A stretch of 64,000 nt of DNA from Podarcis erhardii (GCA_964252035.1 OZ176201.1); one strand, 5' to 3'. Shown: positions 11,144 to 23,011, counted from the stretch's first letter. The notes: a model not told the origin generated them from the letters alone. Program-made: numbers and translations.

Positions 11144-12092
11144 CTACAGAAACACAAAGAAACAGATATATTTTAATTATTTTTGCTGTGAACTCAGAAA
11201 AGTTAAATTAAAACACACCAGGAAGGTTACTTCGAACAAAACATGACAAAATGACTTTCAGAGTCTGGGGACTTGACCGGAGAAAGGAAGGAACATGTAA
11301 TGATTTTGAGCAGAATACTAAAGTCTGCATTTGGGAGCTATTGATCTGAGACAGGAAGATGCAAAAACCTCAACAACAGCTAGAGAAGAGTAGCTCTATT
11401 CCCTTGAACTCAGGGGGTAAACACAGCAAAAAAGTGGTCAAAAACATTAAATGCATTTCCTGCTCTCAGTGCACTGTAATTGGAAGTGGGAACAGGAAAT
11501 GTGTCAACTCCTTCATCCTTTCAGCTTTTATCTATTTGATCCACTCACTGTCAAACATCCACAAGGGCATTAGAGACATTCACTTGGAGACATCTGATCC
11601 TATCTGGAGGGAATGAACACCACAATGGCACAAACATCAGGGGGGAAAAACAGAAGCAAGAAGAAGTGAAAGCTATTCTTCCCTTGAGATTCTATGGCAC
11701 AGGAGTTCTGAGGATGAGAAAGGTCAGTATCTCCTGTTGCCACACCCTCAGTGGAGGAAAAGAGGAGAGCTCAGTAGAAGGTTTTTTTTAAAAGCCTGCC
11801 AATTTTTTCTCACAACTTTTTCAGGCCAACCTCTCATGTCTTCAGAGAAATATATGGCAATTGCTCAGATGCAGCAGATGCACCCCCAAGATCATCACTC
11901 ACAATTCCTTAATTCAAAGGTGATACAAAACAACTCTCTGTAGAATAACTTTAAGCAAAGTGTCATTCAGTGCATGCTAATCAGTTGATTACCTGATTTA
12001 CTTTTTAAAAAACTCATCCTATCCACAAAGGTAAAAATTAGAAAAACAGCAGCATACCCAATACCTATAACACAAAACTGGGTGCAACATAC

Positions 12093-12191
12093 CACACTTC
12101 TCTTAGCTGTGTCCTCTAAAGAATGGATCACTTTCAATCTCTGCTTAAAGCGCATCTGTTCAATGTCATCCGCTTTCAAATGGCCGAATTT
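12093..12191 (-). CDS. TBC1D9B: TBC1D9B exon 14: KFGHLKADDIEQMRFKQRLKVIHSLEDTAKRSV
   Basis: CAG|AAA ... GTG|GTATGT; 99 nt. Confidence 0.96.
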
Positions 12192-12320
12192 CTGTAGTAA
12201 TAAAAGTAAACAAGATTCATCTTTAGAGCCACGGGGGAATACCATGTATTTGATGAAGCATTTGAAGATAATTTCCTAAGCAATTATTTCACTGGGGAGA
12301 AAGTAAATCTCTGTCTAAAG

Positions 12321-12432
12321 CAGGCATGGCCAAACTTGGCCCTCCAGCTGTTTTGGGACTACAATTCCCATCATCCCTGACCACTGATCCTGTTAGGTAG
12401 GGATGATGGGAGTTGTAGTCCCAAACAGCTGC
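12321..12432. mobile_element. Palindromic hAT-type MITE, right end truncated
   Basis: CAGGCATGGCCAAACTTGGCCCTCCAG...GGGACTACAATTCCCATCATCCC / GGGATGATGGGAGTTGTAGTCCC internal inverted repeat. It is the same family as 50699-52287. Confidence 0.75.
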
Positions 12433-12949
12433 CTCTAGCAATGTTTGAAAGCCATGAATAGAAATACTAATGGCAGAGGAAGGGGAAGATACATTAGCAA
12501 GCAGCAACAAGTCACTGTCTAAACAGGGGAAGTAAAACTTTAAGGTTTTGCTTCCCTTCTATTGCATTAACCATTCATGTAACATTTTGGAAGACTAGAC
12601 TCAGATTTAATAAGGTTTATATGAAAGGTGGGGCAGAGGGAGAGAAGTAACATCAAGCCCATATCCAGAAATTGTGCATGTATCACAAAGAAGTTTGACT
12701 GATTAATACAAAATTTTATATCCCACTTTCCCCCTTCAAAGGAGTCAAAGTAGCTTCCAAAATATAAAAACAAACACAAAGATAAAAATAATAGTAATCC
12801 CATCTTTTAAATAATTACCCTGAACAACCCAAGATTAAAAGCAGCATGAAGGGGGGGAAAGGGGTGGGTGGGTGTGGAGTTTAACAAGGAATACAAGTCT
12901 GGTAAGGTATTTAAATAAAAAGGAGTGAAAAAATAAGACAGTACTTGAC

Positions 12950-13079
12950 CTCATAGGCTGTTTTTATAAGTTCAAAGATATCAATTTCAACTGGTGGATC
13001 ATCCCCACTTGTCAATAAGGCATGGAGGTGGGGAATACGTGGGAAAACATTTTGTCGATTAACTACGTTGTCCAGGTAC
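12950..13079 (-). CDS. TBC1D9B: TBC1D9B exon 13: YLDNVVNRQNVFPRIPHLHALLTSGDDPPVEIDIFELIKTAYE
   Basis: TAG|G TAC ... GAG|GTCAAG; 130 nt. Confidence 0.96.
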
Positions 13080-13563
13080 CTACAGGAAAACCAAAAGTAA
13101 AAGACAGAACCTGGGATTAATGCATAACCCAAGTTTAGGGTTACCATTCTGAATAGTTTATATAGTTCTACCTAGCCTGCATAATTCCACTGATGATTAA
13201 TTCTCATTACTACTGATTCAATTTCTGTACAAATCATTTATATGCTACAAGAAACCAAATGAACATACTATATTGGTGAAAGGTTGAATAACAGGCGTTA
13301 ACAGGAAAATGTATTTTGTTTATGTATGTGTCATATGTATCATATCTATCTACAGCTTTCCTTTTTCAGCAGAAAAACTCAAGGCAACATGCAAAAACTA
13401 GAATAAAATATGAATGATCAAAACAGGAAGTCCTCACAACCTCCCCTCTTTCTTCTGGCAGTTAGCTGGGGAGTAGCTGGTCACTCATTCAAAGGAGGGG
13501 AAGGGCAGGAAGGCAGCTGACCCCTGTACAAGTAAACCCACTGACTCACTGTTTATCTTTTAA

Positions 13564-13711
13564 CATGTGTGAGGAACCTTTGGCCCTCCAGATGTTGCTG
13601 AACTACAAATCCCTTTTTCCTTGGCCTTTGGTCAAGCTTGTCATGTTTGCTGAGGCTGATGGGAATTGTACTTTAGCAGCTTCTGGAGGGCCAAAATGTT
13701 CCCCACACCTG
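13564..13711. mobile_element. Palindromic hAT-type MITE
   Basis: Termini CATGTGTGAGGAAC ... GTTCCCCACACCTG; degenerate 8-bp TSD TCTTTTAA/TCTCATAA. Confidence 0.65.
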
Positions 13712-13971
13712 TCTCATAAGATGGCTGGTTGCTACTGGAATCTACTCTGAGACAGGATAGGCTGGGTAACAGCTGGTTCCAGCAGAACTGAATTGCTATC
13801 TGAAGCAAACCCTTCTTGAAAGACTTCATTACGATGATCAAAGTCAGCACTGCGATTGTTCATTTCTGACCCCTGCTAGCCCACATGCTCCTGGCTGAAA
13901 GAGATTTCACTAGCCTCTTTCATGGAAACTAGATTTCCTAGTTACATTTCTATTAATTTATCCATAAATTA

Positions 13972-14141
13972 CCGTATTTTTCTGTGTATAAGACTAGGGT
14001 TTTTTTTTACCAAAAAATTAGGTTTAAAATTGGGGCTCATCTTATACACAGATAGTGCTGAGGGGTGTTTTCTTAATTTGAAGTCCCCCAAAATAGGGGG
14101 AGTCTTATACATGGGGGCGTCTTATACACGGAAAAATATGG
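13972..14141. mobile_element. Tc1/mariner-superfamily MITE (CCGTA-type TIR, TA TSD)
   Basis: The 23-bp TIRs CCGTATTTTTCTGTGTATAAGAC / GTCTTATACACGGAAAAATATGG match at 21/23 and are flanked by TA on both sides. Confidence 0.85.
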
Positions 14142-14432
14142 TACTTATAAATTTAACCACAAATTATCTATTTTGGCTAAACGGATCTTGCAGTTACAAT
14201 AAATCTTTCTGGGCTTCACTACCTACGGTGGACGTATCTCACAACACACTGAAACATGGTGGCTGGCTTTGAGCAAATGGCTTTTTATTATTATCCTTGT
14301 AATAACTGGTCTCTGCCAAGTGAAAAGCAAGAAGCTTCAGTCACTAGCCAGGGATAAGAAGGAAGAATTAATGGTAGCTATTACCATATCCATTACCATT
14401 CATTTCATTGTGAAACAGAAAAATGAGGCTAC

Positions 14433-14718
14433 CTGCCCAAGACAGTCATGGCCTCGCCTTCATCACAGCAGTTTAGCAGCTTCTCCATGTTGGCATCCAG
14501 GATGGCCAGAGATACCTGCAAGATGACCTTGATGCCTTCGTAGAAGAAACAGTCAACAATGACCACAGCACTTTCAAAAGGCATGACGCTGAGAAAGAGT
14601 GTGAGGAACCAAGAAAGCGATATGCTGGAAATGACTCCCAGGTCTTGCATCTTCTCAGACAGCTGGGGAAGACAGTCCCGTGTGAGCTCCTCAAAGATGC
14701 CCTGGTCTATCAAGGCAC
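14433..14718 (-). CDS. TBC1D9B: TBC1D9B exon 12 (TBC domain C-terminal part)
   Basis: CAG|GT GCC ... GGC AG|GTAGCC; 286 nt; [20 protein letters not shown]...MTVLGR. Confidence 0.97.
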
Positions 14719-14728
14719 CTGAACAGGA

Positions 14729-14729
14729 A

Positions 14730-14760
<31 letters not shown>

Positions 14761-14764
14761 GAGA
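14729..14764. repeat. (GA/AAAG)-type microsatellite forming the pyrimidine tract upstream of exon 12
   Basis: AAAGAGAGAGAAAGAGAGAAAGAGAAAGAGAGAGAG. Confidence 0.8.
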
Positions 14765-16266
14765 GTGTGTTATCTGCAACATGGAACTGGAAGTGTAGCA
14801 TAGACTCAACATTACAGACAAGGGGCTGAGGTAAACCTAGAGCAAAACAAAAGTGCAGAGAATAACTGATTTGCCTTAGGGTGAAGCCACCTGTACACTC
14901 ACCACTTGGCTTGCAAAGGAATATTGTGAGTGAGCAGCCGTCCACTAAAAATTATTGTGCTTGAGGAAGTGATGAAATGAAATCTGAAAGCCCAACAGAA
15001 CGTTTCTGTAGGGTGCATGGGGCCTGAAATGGGAAGGAGAGAATGAGGAAGTCTCACTGTGCAAGTGGAATTCCACTGGATACAACCTTCTGACTGCAAT
15101 ATTTAGGTTACAATGGCTGTTTTACTCATGGGACATCATTACCTCATGTAGCAATCACTGAGTGTTAAGTATTAATGTGTGAAATATCCCTTATTAGCTT
15201 CTTTAAAGGATAAGAACGATACTAAATTTAAAATAAATGTTATGTGTCTTTACTGAAATGACTGAACCTTCCACGCCTTTCAGAGCAAAACACAACCTGT
15301 TGGGAGACTCAGCAGTATGCTCATATACAATTAAACAATTCCATATATAAACTAAATATAAGGAATCTATATTTAGTTTAATTTAGTTTAAATTTCTGAA
15401 GCCTTAGTAAAGGTCTCACTGCAGCCCAGTACCTATTACATTGCCTCACTCAGTCAAATATGTATTTTAACATTTCAGAAAACCTTCAATCAATTTTCTA
15501 TACTTCACCAGTCCTGCTGATATTCCCTGGCAGTACCTGCCAACCTCAATCATTTTGGGCATTTAATTATTAATAACTCTAGTTTCTGAATTATTTTGAG
15601 AAGATGATATCAATTTCAGACTTGTGAAGCAATGGTATTGCTCAGTTCAGTGGAAGAGCACATTTTGCTCAAGCAGGCAAAAGCTAAAGAAACTAGGGAG
15701 GAGCTAGAGAGGAGAAGCTAATATATTGACAGTTTTAGAATATTTGAATTGATTCAAGGAAGTATATTTATTTATTCTATCCGCTAAAGATAGGATTGGA
15801 TGTAGCAGATATAAAATTGCATAAAGTCAATATCAGATTAAACTTTTTTTAAAAAAATCCACACAAGAGAAATTAGGAATCAAGCATAGTGGTTAGGAAG
15901 ATACCAGAACTTCTGTCCTTGAAGATTTTTAATCACAGACTAGACAGGCAAGTGATTTGTCTTTTTCAAGGTATCTTGTATTATGACAGGTGATTGAACT
16001 GACTCATTCGGCTTTTTTCCAGCTGTATGGATATTTAGTAGAAGCTATCAACAGTGGAGCAGGCTTCCTTTTTCTCTCTGCCCTCCTGTATGCTCACACA
16101 AAATCAGATATCACCCTATAATTTTAATAATATATTCAAAACCTGGTTTTATGAGGCCAAGGCTTCCAATGCATACCTCCTGTTCTAAGGACAAAATAAC
16201 TTACCTATCCAATGAATTGCTCTGTAAAAACAAATTCTAGCTTTTAAGGTTAACTGGAAGACTTAC

Positions 16267-16384
16267 CAACCACTCTGGTGTTATAATAATCTGGCAGCAT
16301 CCTCTCACACAGGGCCACAAGGAGCCAGAAAGCTTCTTCTTCATTACAGTACAGAAGCAGTACTGATGTCACAATGTTCATGGC
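16267..16384 (-). CDS. TBC1D9B: TBC1D9B exon 11: [39 protein letters not shown]
   Basis: CAG|GCC ... GTT G|GTAAGT; 118 nt. Confidence 0.97.
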
Positions 16385-16754
16385 CTGAGAGCAAGCGGGC
16401 ATGCAAAAGGAGAATAATAATAATCCACACTAGGTGAGAAGCTTGTTTAGGGCAGCAATCATTTATATTTTAGTTTGTCAGAGCATAAGACACAAATGTT
16501 AAATGAGATACCTTGAATAAAATATTTTACAGCTCAGAACCACATCTTGGCTTCAAGTAACTAGTATTAGTGCTATTATTAGAAATAATGACATTTAGCA
16601 GGTGGAGTGGGAAATGAGGATGCTTCATTCCCCCCCCCTCCATAAAAGCTCCAGGAAATTCTACAGAGGGAAGACGGGGGCATTCCATCAGACTGGGAAG
16701 CCATCAGCCCTGGTTGTGCTCAACCTAGAGTGGTGCTTAGGACCATGCATGATA

Positions 16755-17437
16755 ATTTTATTATTTATACCCCACCATCTGGCTGGGTTTCCCCAGCAAC
16801 TGTGGGCGGCTTACAGACTACATAAAACATAATAAAGCATCAAAAATTAAAAAGTTCACGATATAGGGCTGCCTTCAGATGTCTTCTAAAAGGTATATAC
16901 TTTATCTCATTGACATCTGAAGGGAGGGTGTTCCTGAGGGAGGGCACCACTACCAAGAAGCAACAGAATACCCTCAGAGGAGGATCTCAGTGTCTGGGCT
17001 GAACGATGGGGGTGGAGACGCTTCTTCAAGTATACTGGATTGAGGCTGTTTAGGGCTTTAAACTTTGAACTGTGCTTGGAAATGCACTGGGAGCCAATAA
17101 AGATCCTTTAGGTTATATGGTCCGAGCGGCCACTCCCGGTTACCAGTCTAGCTGCTGCATTCTGGATGAGCTGTAGTTTCCAGGTCACCTTTAAAGGTGT
17201 AGAGCGCATTACAGTAATCCAAGTGGGAGATAACTAGAGCATGCACCACTCTGGCAAGACAGTCTGTGGGCAGATAGGGTCTCAGCCTGCGTACCAGATG
17301 AAGCTGGTAGACAGCTGCCCTGGACACAGAATTGACCTGTGCCTCCATGGACAGCTGTGAGTACAAAATGATTCCCAGGATGCGCACCTGGTCCTTCAGG
17401 GACACAGTTACTCCATTCAGGACCAGGGAGTCTCTCA
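16755..17437 (-). mobile_element. 5'-truncated L2 LINE (RT C-terminal region plus 3' UTR/tail)
   Basis: The ORF track shows QVRILGIIL..QLSMEAQVNSVSRAAVYQLHLVRRLRPYL...HALVISHLDYCNALY. The 3' end reads GCCGCCCACAGTTGCTGGGGAAACCCAGCCAGATGG...ATAAATAATAAA. Confidence 0.88.
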
Positions 17438-17550
17438 CACTACTGGCAGCATTAGTACTGATAGGTAGCTAGAGCTCCAATATGAAATTTAATTGGACTT
17501 GGATGTGAAGTGCCAAACTGCAAGCTAATCCTTGACCACCACTCTCTTAC

Positions 17551-17765
17551 CTGGCAGTAGCCAATTGTGGGATTCCGAAAAGCATATGCTGTCAGTACTC
17601 TTCGAAGTGCAGCAATCCCCAGCTCATTCTGGAAGGCAGGGTGCTCTGGCATTGATCGATGTAAGTCTCGTTCTATTTCCTCTGTAGCAAGGCTATACTT
17701 TCCCAGTGACTGTTCCACCAAGTCTGCATAATACCCAGGGTGAGTAGCCATCTCGTTCCAGGCTC
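17551..17765 (-). CDS. TBC1D9B: TBC1D9B exon 10 (TBC catalytic IERDLHRS and YCQ)
   Basis: CAG|GA GCC ... TGC CAG|GTAAGA; 215 nt. Confidence 0.97.
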
Positions 17766-17976
17766 CTGCAGTGACGCACACAAAAACTAGTCAGTTTCAA
17801 GTCCTTGTGGTTGTGCTAGACCATGGACTAAATGCATGACATAATGCTGTTATATGTTTATTTAGGTATCATTTTTAAACTCATGTCAGCTATCCTGCAA
17901 TCCATGCATGTTATCTCTCCATTAATCTTTTAAGAGAAGAAAACTCAACATGGGCCACCACTGGTCAGGACAAATG

Positions 17977-18105
17977 CAAGGATGGGGAACAGCAGGTGCT
18001 GTCAGACTCCAGCTCCCTTCAGCTTCAGCCAACATTGTCATTGGTCAGCAATGATGGGAACTGCAGTCCAGCAACATCAGGAGGGTGAAGTGTTCCCCAT
18101 CCCTG
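17977..18105. mobile_element. Palindromic hAT-type MITE (old)
   Basis: CAAGGATGGGGAAC ... GTTCCCCATCCCTG; degenerate 8-bp TSD GACAAATG/GACCACTG. Confidence 0.65.
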
Positions 18106-18254
18106 GACCACTGGAAGGAATTATAGATGATTCTTGAGGTCACTTCCAGCTTTGGGAACCCCTACATTGTAACAGTGGAAGTAGCCCACAAAGATTAACT
18201 GAAAAACTTCTATTCCCATTAAAAGGGAAACCTGTTGAGCATATAATGTCTCAC

Positions 18255-18405
18255 CTGAAAATAGGAGCCATAGCTCTCCACGAAGATTCTCTGGAATCCC
18301 TTTTAGCACCAGTTCACGGGTCTTGGCTGTGCGATACATACACATTCCTCTCCCATACTCAAAAAAATGAATGTTCCATGATTCCTCTTTCATTGTCTCC
18401 TTTGC
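18255..18405 (-). CDS. TBC1D9B: TBC1D9B exon 9: [50 protein letters not shown]
   Basis: TAG|GCA ... TCA G|GTGAGA; 151 nt. Confidence 0.97.
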
Positions 18406-19355
18406 CTAAAGAAACCATTACTGTGATCACAATACTGGAAACTTCAGATGACCAAAACCTGGGATTTTCTTTCCACTCTTACACAGCACACTTTGCTCTA
18501 TAAATAATCTATTAACATCGATCTCTTATAGTAACTGGCAAAGATATTGTAATAGAAATGTGCAAGATGAAACAAGATATCAAATAACTCCCCTCTCAAC
18601 GGGCAGTTTTGTTTTGTTTTAAAAACAAAATAGGCACCAAGGCAGCACATCTCACAGACTATCTGCTTTAATATACACTCAGCAAAATTAAGTTGGGACT
18701 CAATCTCTAGCATAGTTATATGGTATATTATTGCTGTGTTCAGAGAGTAGCATTTTTGGATACCTAAGGATTAGTACAGACATGCCTGAATGGATTATTA
18801 GCATTCACAAGACAAAATAATATGATCAACCCAATTACTTTCTCACATATCTACTTTTATAATACAAGGCAATGCATCATCACTCCAATGTAGCGCCCCA
18901 ACAGACTTTTTATGGAACACAAGCACTAGGAACCAACTTTTGCCATTGGCTTCCAGGCCCAATGCAAGATGTTGGTCTTAAGCTAAAAAGTATTAAAAAA
19001 CCTATCCATGTGAATCCATGTGAATCCTGAAGGTCACTAAGCGGGGTCTTACTTAAGATTTCCCTCCTTGGGGGACATGCCTTAGTTTTTTTTGTGCCTG
19101 GTCTTTCTTCTTTCAAATTTATTGCCAAAGGCCATAAGGTTGAGCCATCCGAAGTTGAGAAAAATAGGTACAGCTTTTGTTAAAAAATATTACCCATGTC
19201 TTTAATGCATAGATGAACATCTTTTGAATTCTTTTTTGCAAATTAAATCTGACTGACCCCCCCCCTCAATAAATATGGTTTTATAGAGGATTTTATTGTA
19301 CTAGTTTTAGAACTATTGACACCCCCCTCCCCCAATAAAAGAGTTGGTGACTTAC

Positions 19356-19517
19356 CCCTTTTGGTCCAACGAGCTCCTCAGTGTTGTTCCCGAACAGTTT
19401 AAGCAGTCCCTGGGATGCTGTTGGTACTTCATCTGTGCAAAAATTGGCCAGCTGATTGTTGAGAGGTGAGACAGGGCTGGCTGCAAGTGGGCTGCTGGGA
19501 GACAGCTCTGAAATTTC
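19356..19517 (-). CDS. TBC1D9B: TBC1D9B exon 8: EISELSPSSPLAASPVSP...TASQGLLKLFGNNTEELVGPKG
   Basis: TTTTAAAG|GAA ... GGG|GTAAGT; 162 nt; phase 0 to 0. The AAG acceptor was chosen because it keeps the frame. Confidence 0.88.
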
Positions 19518-19721
19518 CTTTAAAATGTACAAACTGAAAATTATAAAGGAACAAACAGGCTTCCATTGCAATTTAAATGGCATTTAGTGTGACTAAAAGG
19601 TGTTCCAAGGCTTTATAATATAGGTACATTAGAGACCACTGTTAGTGCATTTCAATTCATCTTTTTTTGATTCTTCACTGAGGTGGCCATCTATGATGTA
19701 TAGGAAGTTCACTAACAACAA

Positions 19722-20073
19722 GGGACATGGGTGGCACTGTGGGTTAAACCACAGAGCCTAGGACTTGCCGATCAGGTTGGCGGTTCAAATCCCTGCAATG
19801 GGGTGAGCTCCCGTTGCTCGGTCCCTGCTCATGCCAACCTAGCAGTTTGAAAGCACGTCAAAGTGCAAGTAAATAAATAGGTACTGCTCCGGCGGGAAGG
19901 GAAACAGTGTTTCCGTGCGCTGCTCTGGTTCACCAGAAGTGGTTTAGTCATGCTGGCCACATGACCCGGAAGCTGTACGCCGGCTCCCTCAGCCAATAAA
20001 GTGAGATGAGCGCCGCAACCCCAGAGTCGGTCACGATTGGACCTAATGGTCAGGGGTTCCTTTACCTTTACCT
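19722..20073 (+). mobile_element. Sauria SINE, full length
   Basis: Same head, body and (ACCTTT)n tail as 8206-8561. Confidence 0.92.
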
Positions 20074-20224
20074 ATACCTGTTAGGAAGTTATGGCCCCTG
20101 TCTAAATCATTAGTGGGAAGTGCCCAGCTAATTTTTTAGAAACCAAAAAATACTGTGATTTTAAAATGGATAGTGCAATTTGTGAATTTGGATCTGTTAC
20201 GGCAAATATCAGGTGAAGAGAAAT

Positions 20225-20702
20225 CAAAAGTCACGTTTTGGTCCACCATCTTGATTCAAAATGGCACCTGGCACCCAAACATCAACATAGAACCCCACCC
20301 CAAGAACCCTATTGCTGAGCTTGATGACCGTATCTCAAGAAGTGGTTGAAACTGTCAAAAAATGGACAAAGCCACACCAAAGTGACATTTCAGTCTGCCA
20401 TCTTGTTTCAAAATGGCACCCAGTGTCCAAATGGCGATGAAGTCTGCTGCCCCACCTTTGGAACCCTTGTGCCAACTTTGTTGATGATATATTGAAAGGC
20501 AGCCAAACCTATGCCAAAAAACAAAGTCACGCTCATGTCACGTTTTGGTTCACATGTTGATTCAAAATGGCAGCCCGCATACAAACACTGATGAATGGCA
20601 CCCCCACCCTGGAAACCCTGGTGCCAAATTTGGTGACTTCTCAAGAGATGACCAGATGTCAAGAGAACAAATGGACAAACCACTTTCCCAAATATATAGA
20701 TG
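20225..20702. repeat. Three degenerate ~153-bp tandem units, probably inside a non-autonomous element
   Basis: The anchor TTCAAAATGGC recurs at 20255, 20407 and 20561. Each unit has AAAGT(C/G)AC..TTT, CCCCACCC..GAACCC and GCCAA.TTTG-like blocks. The array ends in AATATATAGAT. Confidence 0.75.
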
Positions 20703-22139
20703 TGTTTGCAAACGTTTATGTCTCAGCATACAGCACATTATTATGCATATGCCTCAAAAAGGCAGTATGTGAAGCAGCGCTGAGTGGTAATGACCAATAA
20801 GCTTATCACTACAACAACAGTCAGATGGAGCCTGATGATACTGACCAACAGGCTTATCAACACTCGATGAGATGCCCAAATTATTGATCAGCATTATGAA
20901 TATAAAGTGCTGTTCCACCGTCTCAACCAATATGAAATGTCACTGAGTAAGTCTACCAATCAGTGACGGTGGGAACAGTGACCAGCTCGTTTTACATTTT
21001 CTCTAGCCTGTTGGTCCTGGATGCTTAAAAAAAAAAATAGTTCAGCCAGCTTTCACCAATATGCGGAGATTTACACCCCTCATATGTGTTCCTCTACCCA
21101 CTTGCTTCTGAAGTTCATCTTTCTTTACGCCTCCCGACACCGAAGCCATCACACAATACTGTTCATTAACTGAATCCTCATCCCTGTCATTTGGTTCACT
21201 ACTATGAAGTGGAATGACAGTGAATTATGAGCCCATTATCCCATGTGGAAAACCATCGTTGATGACGTTGCTCCTAGAGAATTTAGCCAGAGTTCTCAGC
21301 CACTTTCCCCTTTGCTCAGCATCTGAGGCAGTCAAGTGCTGCCTAATCTGCTTTCCCTTAAGACTAGCATGGTATGATGCATCATTTTTCTCTGATAAAA
21401 GCAGAACATGCTGGATAGAATCCAGGGCACTTAGGTAGCTCACTCAGTGTGTAGCTCTGAGCAAACAGCACTGAACTGAGCTAAGAAGCAACCATTAAGC
21501 ATACCATCTCATGAACCAAGTATATGAGGAAGGGTGGAACCATTAAACAAAATGGAACAGAAGACCAATAATTTATACACACCTACACCACCAGACACAT
21601 CCAGGATCGACAGGATGAACTGGCCACCTAACTTGTGCATTCACAGCCAAATCAACACACATGCCACACAAGCTATGGTGTACATTTTCCTCCCCTACAG
21701 AGAGATTATCTCAGGTAAGACAATCATTAATGGCAAACACAATAAGTAACTTTATACCAGCTCAGACTATCTGTCCCTCTAGCCCCTGTTTTACTTTAAT
21801 AATGCTAGCATCTCTTGATGATTTTTGGTAGGCATCGTGCTTTGGGGGAAGCTGCTTCCATTTTCCCCAAAACTACCTGATGGCCAAACAGAGGCATCTC
21901 TGTTAGTTGTGTGCAAAAGGGGTCAGATGTAGTTAGGCATCTGCTTATCTTCATTGCCTATGATAGGTAAGTATTTTGATATAAGTCTATCTCTTAACAG
22001 AAGAAAGGAGGACAGCTAGGGTATGCTACTGCTGACTCCCTCTATTGGACTTGCACATGCCCTTACATGGCATAGTCACATGAAGAGTGAAACTTTATAT
22101 GTCAAGACATGAAGAGGTATATTAAACTAACAGTGAGGC

Positions 22140-22212
22140 AGGGCACCTCGGGAAAACCTTCAGCATGCAAACATCTGCTCTATCACTAAGTCATGATCTC
22201 AACTTCCCTTAG
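22140..22212 (-). mobile_element. Degenerate tRNA-derived SINE head (Squam3-like)
   Basis: Minus strand TTAGTGATAGAGCAGATGTTTGCATGCTGAAGG resembles CTCAGTGGTAGAGCATCTGCTTTGCATGCAGAAGG. Confidence 0.45.
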
Positions 22213-22798
22213 TCAGAGTTCTCAACCACTTTCTTCCTCATTCTCACATCTGAGGCAGTCAGTGCTGCCTCATCCATTTCCCTTAGACTAATATAAAACT
22301 CTATTTCATCTCAATATTGAGAATATAGGTCATATCTGACTGAATAAGTAGAAAATTTCCCAAATCTTTTGGATAAAGTTAAAAAACACACCCAGTGTCC
22401 TTTCCACTGTGGGTCACTGGCCACAACTCTAAGCCATTTTCCCTTTCCATCAAATGGAAATGAAACAGATGGCTTAGCCTTATGTCCAAACAAACTACAA
22501 GTACTGGTTCAGAAGTAACACTAAACCATCTACTTTGTGGTTTGATTTCCTGTCGCTAAAGGTAGGAGTTGAGTGGAAGAGCTCAAGTTGAATGCAAAAA
22601 CTAATTTGCTTAACTATGGGCTATGGTTTAGTAATGCACCTAAACAGGGCCACTGTAAGCAAATGAAGCACCAGGGTTCAAGCATCTAGCTTTAGAAAGA
22701 GGGGCTATCTGAAGAGACCATATGTCAAAACATATTTGAAATTTGCCATGACCATGATGCAATAATAGCAGGGGCTTTTCATTGCTCAGTTCTCATAC

Positions 22799-23011
22799 CT
22801 CGTGTGCATTGTCACCACAGCTCTTCTTCCGTCCTCCTCCATTGTTACACGATTGCTTGGACGGAGTTTTCTGCAGAAAGTCAGAGATTCTCTGCACCAG
22901 GAAATCACGGTCTTTCAGGTTAGCAAAAAGGAAGGTCATTTTGCTTTTGGTACTGATGGACAGTGGGCTAGGCAATACACTGGAACTGTCAGCTTTTTCA
23001 ACAATTGTGAC
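22799..23011 (-). CDS. TBC1D9B: TBC1D9B exon 7: VTIVEKADSSSVLPSPLSISTKSKMTFLF...GDNAHE
   Basis: CTCTAG|GTC ... GAG|GTATGA; 213 nt. Confidence 0.95.

Noticed and set aside
21258-21330. TGATGA ... CTGA spacing suggestive of a box C/D snoRNA
   Set aside because: It is antisense to the host transcript, has no terminal stem, and the second repeat copy lacks box C.
22250-22273. Hairpin containing CAGTGC, resembling an iron-responsive element
   Set aside because: With CAGUGN as the loop the upper stem does not pair and there is no C bulge. It is also intronic.
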